Under the pieces are notes generated by a model. The model was not told the DNA's origin, ran no database searches, and was given only the letters and a program-made list of their open reading frames with translations. DNA of 63,885 bases, counting the filler, from Schmidtea nova (taxonomy: Eukaryota), in assembly GCA_044892505.1 (NCBI GenBank). It is 4 parts of 2 records of this genome, joined end to end, with 100 filler letters (N's around TTAATTAATTAA, not from the genome) between each part and the next. Parts side by side here need not be neighbours in the genome. Positions count along the whole stretch, not along the records: positions 29,798 to 59,552 come from CM097882.1; 3 more parts are not named here. One strand, written 5' to 3'. Made by a program: the position numbers and the translations under genes. Positions 38,901 through 48,536 of the stretch are shown piece by piece (the stretch's first letter is position 1; the number at the start of each line of letters is the position of its first letter).

Positions 38901-41900
38901 TCGGGCCTCTCTATTGTAATTCGTATGGTTGGTGTTGTTTGCTTATCTATTGCCTGGGGTTTTTTGTTTTCTGTTCCCTGTGTCTCTGTTCTTCCACATT
39001 TTCCGACGATGTAATCTCCTTTGTGTGACTGTTGTACTGTCATGGTTACTTTAGGTGTTTGGTAGTTTGCGCATGCGATTGTGTTGTGTGATCTTGGATA
39101 CTTTTGTTTTCTAACGGTGCATATTCTGTACCAGGTGTCTAGATCTAAGTCATCGATCTCTATGATCTCTTGCTCGTATTCTGAGATTCTGCAATCCATC
39201 GGACTATTTTGTTCCGTGATTTTGTCCTTTTTTGACCAACATACTCGTTCGATTCCTTTTGCGTTTTTTATTTGTATTATTGCCCTTTCTTCACATGTCA
39301 TTCCTTGACTTGGGTTAATTAACGTTAAAAGCACTGTTAATAATAGTAATTCTGGTCTGAAGAATGGTTTTATGGTTGATTTATAACCTGTTCTTTGGGT
39401 GTCATTTTTATCTTCTTGGTCGTTTTTTCTTTGTTCTGCCTCTTCATTTCTTGGTCTTTCGTCTTCATTCTTCTTTTCTTCCTTGTCTCGTTTCTTGTCT
39501 TCTCCTTCATTGTCTTTTTTATCGGGTGGTTCGTGATCGTTCGAATTTTCTGAGTTGTTATCGTCGTCACTGTCTGCATTGTCATCTCCCCCTGGCCCGT
39601 CGAAAATGTCGTCCTCGACATTGATTTCTTCTATCAATTTTGCATATGCTAATGTCGTTAGATTACTTGCCTCAAATTCTTGTGTTTCTACATGCTCCGG
39701 TATGACTTTGTTGGTGGATTTGTATTCCGAGATTTCCTTTTTGGCCTTGATCCAGTTGTTGATGTACGTCTTCATCAATTCTTTCCATTTTCCTGTGTAT
39801 TTTTCTTCTTTCGGGTTGTTGGTGATTCTCAGATCTTTTCTTTCCATAAATATCATCAATATCTCTGGCCATTTATACGTTATTAAGGCACTTCTTATGC
39901 ACCAGTTTTGGTTATGTTCTGTGAACTCATTAATCCTGAATGCTGGTTCGTTGGTATTCGGATTTATCCACGTAAGTATTGCTTCTGTTAGTTCAACATT
40001 ATGCATCATTGTTAGTACACTGGGTTTCTTGACCGTATCAGTTAGGTAATCTATTTCTTCCTGATTTGAGATTGTTTTAATGAAATTGACCATTTCCCAA
40101 TTATGTGTTAATAATGCTACATCCAAAATTGAATTATCTTTATCTGTCTTTCCTGTAAGTCCTGCACCTGCTTTGTATAGTTCTTCTAACACCTTTGTTT
40201 TCGTTTTGGCCCTTGCTGCAAATACCATGAGTGTATCTCCTTTCTCGTCTATCATATTCATGTTGCTTCCGCAATTTAGCATTACTCTTGCAATTTCTAT
40301 TACCTTCCTATCTTTACCGGTTCGTAAAGCTCTATGTATTGGCATTATTCCGTCCTTTGGTAGTAGGAATGCTACTGGCATCTCCTTTTTTATAGTCGTT
40401 ATATCGTTACCATTGTATGTTCCCTTTGCGTATGCGTGTACTTTTTCAACTAATGCACCAAGTATTTCTAGTGCATGTTTACAATTTTCGAATTCCGGCA
40501 ACAATTCTTTTGCTTTTTCTTGTATCGCATCTAGTCTAGCTTGGTATGGTGCTTCTGCTTTGAAGAGTGGTGTGAGTTTCTTGTTACTTTCTCTTTCTTT
40601 TTTCTCCAAAACCTGTTTACATTTCTCGGGGTGGTTTAAGATTTTTACTAATTCATCATACTCACTTACTATCGTCTGGTATTTCTCGTTAAAATTGTTT
40701 ATGTCTTTGTATGTTATTAGTTTATCAAGTGGTTTCGCACACCATTTCCCAATCTTGTTGAATAAGGCCTCCTTCTCTTTATCGAATTTGTGTTCTTCTT
40801 CATTCTTTGTGATGTTTATGTTTCCTCTGTCTAATAAGGCTAGTAATGTCTTTTGATCGCAAGTAAATTTCAAAAGGTATCTTAACAGCGCGTTTTGTCC
40901 TTCGCTGTACACTTCATTTATGTCTAAGACCCATGCATCATCTTCTGGTCGTTTCCATTTGATTAACTTACGGATCGTATTACATTTACCAATTTTTATT
41001 GCCTCTTTGATAATATCTCCTTTTATTAATTCGTCTATTTCCCACGTGGAGTTAGCTATTATGTATTTCAGCATTGGTTGGTGAGAACTCCATATTACGT
41101 GATTCAGCACTGTTTTGTCTTCTCTATCCCGTTCTGTCCAACTGAAATGAGCTTTTATCAACAAATCTACCATTTCTTTATCTGCTTGATGGATTGCTGC
41201 TGTCATTAATGGGGTTTCCTGTTCCCGATTCCCAACGTCCAAATGTTGGTTTGTTTCTTTGGCGATTTTTAAGAATTCCTTTGCTCTTTCTATGTTTCCA
41301 CACCTTATCGCCTGGTGTAAAGCTGGTTGTCCTTCTACATCTTTCAATAAGAGTATCTCAGGGATTCTCTCCAATAACTCAGAGATAATTGGTTTGGTTG
41401 GTAATCCTTGTGCGTAACCGCTAATTATATATCTAATGTCCCTTGATATGCCTGCTTCGTCTCTAACATGCCATCTTCCCATTATCTCTCTCGCCTTCAA
41501 TATGATTTCTTTATTTCTGATTTCCTTTTGCCTTATTTTCGCTTTGTCGTCTTCGCTTGTGTTTGCTCTGAGCATATTTATCCTGGCTGTTTGTGATCTG
41601 GTTATTATTCGATTTTCTGGTGTTGTAGTTATCGTTTTAGGCACTTTCTTACATCTGCAGGTGTTTACATATATGGGTCGTACTAACGGTCGATTTATTA
41701 GCTTAACTGTGACATTATTGTCTTTTTTGTATATAATCTCATAAGGTCCTCGTCCAGGTCTTTGAAGTTTCTTAACAGTTCCTGGTATTATTTGGGGAGT
41801 TTCTATTATCACCCAATCTCCGGGTTTTAGATCGTTTGCCTTAACATTTTTCTTCTGGTCGTGCAAGTCCTTATAACTTTCTTGATAAAATTTAATGTTG

Positions 41901-44900
41901 AGTTCTGCCGTCTTCCATATTTCCTGCATTCTTTCTTTGAATTTGGTTACGTAGTCGTCGTCTTCCATATATTGCGATAATGGTGGTTGATACTCCAAAT
42001 CTATGGGCATGTTGCATTCTCTTCCATACATAAGTTGAAACGGGCTTAGTTTTGTTGCGGCGTGTATCGACATTCGGTATGCCATTAAACATAATTTTAT
42101 GTACTCGTCCCAGTCAGTTTGGTGTCTGCCGACGTAATTTGATAACATTCTAATCAGTGTACCATTGAATCGTTCTGTTTGTCCATTCGTTTGCGGGTGG
42201 TACGGTGAAGTTCTCAATTTTGCTATTCTAAAATAGTTTGTCACCTCGTTCAATAACTCACTCATAAAGTTAGTTCCTTGGTCTGTGAGTATTTGTTTTG
42301 GAGTTCCGTATCTGCAACATATTTCTTCCACCAAAAGTTTTGCTACGGTTTTTGCTTTTTGGTCTTGCATGGCAAATGCTTCCGGGAATTTCGTCAGATA
42401 ATCCATTATCACCAATATATAGATATTTCCGTTAAGACTTTCTGGTAATGGTCCTATTACGTCCATTGCTATAGTTGTCATTGGCTCTGCTGGTATTGGC
42501 ATTGGTTGTAGCGGGTTTTTCCATTTCTTCCCACTATCCTTTCTGGTTGCGCAAGTTAGACAATTTTTAATCCATTCTTTAATATCTTCTTCCATTGTTC
42601 GCCAATAATATTTTTGTCTCATCCGATTAAATGTCTTTTTCTCGGACATATGACCTCCTAATTTCCGATCGTGGTATTGGATCATTATCTCTTTCCTTCT
42701 GTTTTCCGGTAAACACATCAATCTCTTTTCACCGTCTTGTATTAACAACCATCCTTTATTTATTATATATCGATGTTGATATTTTCCTATATGTTCCTTT
42801 AATTCCTTATTATCCTTGAATATATCCATATTTCGAGATGTTAGGAACTCTATGATCTGTCCCAATTCTTTGTCTTCCTGTTGATCTTTCTTTAACTCAC
42901 TAAAATCTAAATCTTCCGCTATTAACACACAAATTCGTTGTACATCCGGATCGGTTAATTCCGGGAATGTCAGTCTTGACATACAGTCTGCATTCGCATT
43001 TGCTCGTCCTGATTTAAATTTTATGTCTGGTGAGTACTCCTGTAACTGCATTGCCCATCGCATTAATCTACTGGATGTTTCCTTGTGCTGTCCTAACCAT
43101 ACAAGCGGTTGGTGATCTGTTATTATGCAGATGATGTGTCCCCATAATAAATATTTAAAGTGTTTAATTGCTAGTATAATTGCTAACGCTTCTCGCTCGG
43201 TTACTGAGTAATTTTTCTCATGCTTTTTGAATGTTCGGCTATAATATCCGATTACCCGTTCTTTTCCTTCGTCGTCGTATTGTCCTAATACTGCTCCTGC
43301 TGCATATCCGCTTGCATCTGTTGCAAGTAGGAATGGCTTCTTAAAGTCTGGGTGTACCAATATGGGTGCGGTTATCAGTTTATCTCTCAACGTTTCAAAG
43401 GATGTTTGTTGTTCATCTCCCCATATGAATGATACATCTTTCTTGACTAGTTCCTGTATAGGTTTTGCTATTCCGGCGTAATCTTTTATAAACTTTCTAT
43501 AGTATCCACATAGTCCGAGAAATTCTTGTATCTGGGTTATTGTTTTGGGTACTGGACATTCTTTTACCTTGTCGATATTTCTGGGATCCGGTTCTTTTCC
43601 CTTTGCTGACACTATATGTCCCAGAAATGTAACCTTTTCTTTTGCCCAATCACATTTGGATGGCTTGAGTTTTAACTTCCATTGTCTAAGTCTAACGAAT
43701 ACGTCTCGAATATCCTGTAGGTGTTGTTCGAATGTACTAGAGTAGATTAATAAATCGTCGATGTAGACCATGCACTGCTTTATTCCATGGGTGACGAAAT
43801 TCATGCATCTCTGAAATGATGCTGGTGCGTTCGTTAGTCCAAATGGCATCTTTCGAAATTGATATAGGTCTCTACCGATGGTAAAGGCAGTTTTCTCTTT
43901 ATCTTCTTCCTTCATTTTTATTTGCCAGTATCCGCTTTTCAGATCTAGTGATGTAAAATATGCTGCTCCCTGTAATGTTAATAGCATTTCGTTGATGTCC
44001 GGTAATGGGTAAGTGTCTCGTTTTGTTACCGTATTCAATCTTCGATAGTCGATGCAGAATCTCTGTGTTCCATCTTTCTTCTTTACCATTACCACTGGAA
44101 ATTGCCAGGGTGAACAACTCGGTTCGATCACTTCTGCATCCAACATTTTCTTCACTTCTGCTTCCGCTACTGCTTTCTGTGCTTCTGCTAGTTTGTACGG
44201 CCTTAATGCAATTGGTGTTTCGTCTGTTAATGGTATCGTATGTAACGTGACATCACATGTTCCTAGATCTAAATCGGATGCTGCAAATATATCCTTATAC
44301 TCCATCAGCAGTTTTTCTAACTGCTGCTTTTGGTCCTTATTTAATAATTCACTATCAATATTCCAGGTTGGTTTTTTATCTTTCTCTGCCCCTTCTATTG
44401 GTATTTCGATATCCATCATTGGGGTTAATTTTCCTAGTCTTTCGTTTTCGTAGATTATTTTATCCTCCTCGTCGAAATTTACTACGTTTATTGGGATTTC
44501 TCCATTATCGTTTATGTTGACTAATCCTCTTGCCATTGGCAACGCTTTTCTTTTCTCGAATCTTTTACTTGGTTCAAAAATCATATCCCCTTGGATTGTC
44601 GGATCTATTTTTACGTAACATATTTTTTCCTTTCTTGCCGGTATTATCATTTGCTTTGAACTCGTTACCTTGGCTTCTATTGCGCATATTTGTCCGGTGC
44701 GATCTTTTAATCTCATTGTTCCGAGGTCGATTACAATCTCTTTAAATAACGCTGGCATCAAATCTGTTCCGATAATGCAAGGTACGCTTAACGCTGGTAT
44801 GACTGCTACGTACGTATCGATTTCTGTGTTTAAGTGGCGTATTTTTACCCACCATCTTCCTGCTACTTCTACAATTTCTTAGCTACATGCAATTACATGG

Positions 44901-45154
44901 ACGTTTGTTCTTTCTATTTCCCGTCTTTGCTCTTGTGGTATCCATTTGATGTCGATGGCGGAAATGTTTGCTCCAGTGTCGATCATTGCTTCGATTTCCC
45001 TTCCGTTAATCTCTATTGTTGTGGTTAACACTGGACCTGTGTTTGATGACATTACGGCGATCGTATGTGCGTCTCCTTGTGGATCTACACTTCTACATCT
45101 TCTCATTTTATAATCTTCTGGTATCATGGGGTATACATTTGTCATTGGCATCAT
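35924..45154 (-). CDS. pol: Pol polyprotein PR-RT-RNaseH-IN extended by 2x ankyrin modules and 2x signal/FN3-like/TM modules; two in-frame stops (44879-81, 36800-02)
   Basis: IDTGA..CIIGTDL protease; RFCIDYRRLN, FRKMPFGLTNAPASFQ, YIDDLL RT; TDASG, EREALAI, TDHQPL, NANADCMSR RNase H; H..GGH..CLTC, AMDVIGP, TDQGTNF, YHPQTNGQTERFN, GPYEI integrase. ORFs 44879-45154, 36800-44761 and 35924-36799 share one frame. Confidence 0.95.
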
Positions 45155-48100
45155 CTACATCGTGGTCGTTCTTCCTCCTTGTAGTGGTTCTTGATACATT
45201 GTTGGTGGAGGTGCGTAACATTTCCACGCGTCGGCTGGATTCTTTTCGATGTATTGTGGTGCTTGGTTCTTATACACTTGTCCTCCCTTATAGTCGTCAT
45301 CGTCATCATCGTCGTCACTCGAATCATTTTGGGTTTTATATCCTTTCATCCTTTCCCATAAACCTTTTCTTTCTCTCTTGAGCTGTTGTCTTGCTTGTTC
45401 GTCATTCATTATCTTTTTAAATTTTCGTCCTACTTCTTCATCTGTTCCCTTCATTTTTGCGAGTATCTTCAACAATCTCTTTATTCGATGTATGTCCTTT
45501 GAGTGTCCGTGCAACACCATCGTTTTCGCAAGGAATGGTAAAAACCCTACTACCATTTTCCAATTCACTTTCTTTTCTCTCTTGTAGATATCGAAACACG
45601 CTAATATTTGCGTTATTATCACTCTGACGATTTGTATTATTAATATAACCCCCAGTATTCCCGCCATCATTTGTCCGAATATCAGGAATCTTCCCCACAT
45701 TGCTTTCATCATATTTTCTGTGGCTTTCTTGAAATGTGTTGGTGACAACAACAGTTCATAATTCGGTCCTTCTCGATAATTCGTTCCTCCCGTTATCGTT
45801 ACGATATTTGACAGTAATGCTTCTCTTCTCGCCGGGAATAATATATTCTGCCTTGCTGCTTCTAAATCCTTTGGACTATATATTCCGTTGTTTGAGACAT
45901 CTACGTCGCTGAATTGCCTATCTTTTGACAACTGCATTAGCTTGAATTCTCTTGGTGCTATCACTTCGGCTCTTCCTGGGAACATAACCCATTTACCATC
46001 TCGTTTCTGATAAAGCGGTCCGTACGCATTACTACAGTTGAATGGATTTGGTTCAAAGCCTGGTGGATTGATGATTCTCGTCACCAGTTGAACGTATCGT
46101 ACTTTTCCTTTGTAATCGATTTCTAACTCATTTGTACAGGTTCCAGGTTTCAACTGTGTTGTTGCTGCTAGCGACGCGTGTGTCTTTTCACAAATGTATA
46201 CATACATTGCTTCTCCAACCACTCTTCCGAAATGTCCTTCTCTCAGTGGTAATAATGGCATCGCGCTATCTGGATTCGTAATCGCTACGGCCAACTTTGT
46301 CTTTAATATTTCTCGATTCAGTATACAATCATTGTTTATCAGATCGTAGTACACTTTTTGTAATGAGGCTTGTCCTCTATGGAATAAGAAATCCATTTTA
46401 TTATTCACATACAAGTGTAGTTTGATATCCATTGTGTCAATTTTGGGTTTCGCATTCGGCACTTCTTGTTTTGACACATATATTCCTGGATAATTCGTTT
46501 CGTATACCGTTGTACTACACTTAAGGGTTGCTTTACCTTTTATGAATCTCATTCCCACATCCTGATTTGTGGTTATCAACACTGATGGTGTGGCTCTCAT
46601 CTCTATCCGTTTTTCTCTATGATCTGGTTTCAATTGTCTTTTATTCTCTAAAGCTTCCTTGAGATGCTTTGCTCTAGCTTTGTCGTCATCGTCTTCTTCC
46701 TGGAACGTTTTTCCTTGGATTTCGTCGAACTTTGCTCCTTGCAGCAGTTGTAATTGACATTCGTTCACCTTTGGTTTGTACACTAATGTTGACATTCCCG
46801 TTTGACACATGCTCCTGTCGATTTTACACATGGATAACGTTTTCATTTCTCCCGTTGTGGGTTCGAAGAATGCTTCGTAGCTTTTCAGTTCGACTATATA
46901 CGTATCCATCACCACTAAATTGGTTGCGAGTGCTCCGAATATCGGGTAGGTTTCTCCTTGACAATATACTTCTCCTCCCGTAATCCGTCCTGCTACATAG
47001 TATGTCTGTTGCAGCATCATTCCTGGCTTTCCTTTTATCTTGATTTTATCTCTTGTTGTTACTTCTCCATGTTTAAACAATGCTTCACAGTCTTCTCCTT
47101 GTAATATGATTGGTTCTCTTTCCGTTCCTGGCATGACAATTGCTGAATAATGTCCTCTCCCACAGTAGAATGCGAATCTCGTCTTCTGCACCTTACATTC
47201 ATTCACCATTGTCTTTATGAGTTCTGCTTCTTGATACACGTGGTACCATTGTTCCTTTTTAATCTCCTTTAACTCTACTGGAGTTGCATCTTTGCATTGC
47301 TCCGTACCTCTCAATGAATACTTTTCACCTAATGCCATCCGATCGCAATCAAATACTTCGAATGCTGTTGCGCCATCGGTACTAATCATCCATATCAACA
47401 TCATCATTATGATAGAACTCAGATTCATTGATGACTTGGCGTTTCCTGTTCCTGTTTGTTCTTTTTCTAGTTCTCCCAATATTTTTTCGAATTTCTTTTT
47501 CATATTCTTGGCTTGCGTTTTCTTCTGGTTAGTTTTTATAAATGTTTCCAATCCTCCTTTGTTAATGACGTAGGGTTCTATTTCTCTAGCTATAATCTTT
47601 GCGGTATTTTTTATATGTCTCTCTAATGCAGTGGGTTTTGGTCGGCCTCTACTCAGTGTCAACAGATTGTAGATAGTGTATGCAATGGCTATTACGTATT
47701 TGTTATCTGTTTCCGCTCCTTCTGTCAATTTCTTTATTAACGTAGTGGTTCCTTGCCAGTCTAAATGATTTGACTTCGTCTTTTCTTTTATGAATTCCGG
47801 TAAGATGGGTGCGATTGCGCTGTGTAGTGACTTCGCCTTTTCGCTTATTTCAGTTATACGCCAGTATATTCTTAATTCCGGATCAATTGTTGCTAATATT
47901 TCCATTATTGTTTTCGATATCCATTCCTCCCCTTGACATTTTGGTGTTGTCTCTTTTTCTTTTGTCTCCGCGATTTTATTTAATTTCCTTAGACACAATT
48001 CCCATTGATCTTGTCTCTTTTCATCCTTATTTCTGATGACTACATTCGCTGGATCTGTCTTGGGTCTACCTCGAGGTCGTCTATCCATTCCTGTACCTGT

Positions 48101-48505
48101 TTCCACAAACCTTGTTGCCTGTCCGGTTTCTTCCGTGACATCTCTGGGTTCGTTAGCTCTTTCTTCTAACCATCTTTCCATTTCCTGGGTTAATTGTACA
48201 TTTTCGACATTCGCTCCTCTTGGTTCGTCTTCCGTCAAATCGTTTACCTCTTCTATTATTATCTCTTCTTCGACTTCTGTTTCTCCGGTGTTGGTTACTT
48301 GTACTGTCGTAGGTAATTCTTGTATTCTCTTGAAAATGTTGTCGTCTTTTTCCTTTGTTAATTCGGTTAGCTCTTCTATCATGTCGTCGCTGTCTGTTAA
48401 TATTTCGTCCACGTCGTATGGTTGTGGTGGAGTCCTTTCTCTATTCCCTCTGGGTGTTGTCTCCGATCGTCTTGAACTTGTCCCTGGTATCAGTACTGAT
48501 TTCAT
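45155..48505 (-). CDS. env: Bcl-2-like domain + chuvirus-like (class III) envelope glycoprotein
   Basis: After an internal signal-like stretch (MNLSSIIMMMLIWMISTDGATA): FEVFDC..SL...C, ECKVQKTRFAFYCG, YVNNKMDFL, DCILNREIL, VGEAMYVYIC, CTNELEI, GIYSPKDL..ILFP and a C-terminal TM. This matches the Cys/motif pattern I recall for Chuviridae glycoproteins. N-terminal EIEPYVINKGGLETF resembles Bcl-xL BH2. Confidence 0.85.
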   Translation of the reverse strand: MKSVLIPGTSSRRSETTPRGNRERTPPQPYDVDEILTDSDDMIEELTELTKEKDDNIFKRIQELPTTVQVTNTGETEVEEEIIIEEVNDLTEDEPRGANVENVQLTQEMERWLEERANEPRDVTEETGQATRFVETGTGMDRRPRGRPKTDPANVVIRNKDEKRQDQWELCLRKLNKIAETKEKETTPKCQGEEWISKTIMEILATIDPELRIYWRITEISEKAKSLHSAIAPILPEFIKEKTKSNHLDWQGTTTLIKKLTEGAETDNKYVIAIAYTIYNLLTLSRGRPKPTALERHIKNTAKIIAREIEPYVINKGGLETFIKTNQKKTQAKNMKKKFEKILGELEKEQTGTGNAKSSMNLSSIIMMMLIWMISTDGATAFEVFDCDRMALGEKYSLRGTEQCKDATPVELKEIKKEQWYHVYQEAELIKTMVNECKVQKTRFAFYCGRGHYSAIVMPGTEREPIILQGEDCEALFKHGEVTTRDKIKIKGKPGMMLQQTYYVAGRITGGEVYCQGETYPIFGALATNLVVMDTYIVELKSYEAFFEPTTGEMKTLSMCKIDRSMCQTGMSTLVYKPKVNECQLQLLQGAKFDEIQGKTFQEEDDDDKARAKHLKEALENKRQLKPDHREKRIEMRATPSVLITTNQDVGMRFIKGKATLKCSTTVYETNYPGIYVSKQEVPNAKPKIDTMDIKLHLYVNNKMDFLFHRGQASLQKVYYDLINNDCILNREILKTKLAVAITNPDSAMPLLPLREGHFGRVVGEAMYVYICEKTHASLAATTQLKPGTCTNELEIDYKGKVRYVQLVTRIINPPGFEPNPFNCSNAYGPLYQKRDGKWVMFPGRAEVIAPREFKLMQLSKDRQFSDVDVSNNGIYSPKDLEAARQNILFPARREALLSNIVTITGGTNYREGPNYELLLSPTHFKKATENMMKAMWGRFLIFGQMMAGILGVILIIQIVRVIITQILACFDIYKREKKVNWKMVVGFLPFLAKTMVLHGHSKDIHRIKRLLKILAKMKGTDEEVGRKFKKIMNDEQARQQLKRERKGLWERMKGYKTQNDSSDDDDDDDDYKGGQVYKNQAPQYIEKNPADAWKCYAPPPTMYQEPLQGGRTTTM

Positions 48506-48536
48506 CGAGCTCGGCGTACTTATACTTCCGTGTGGT

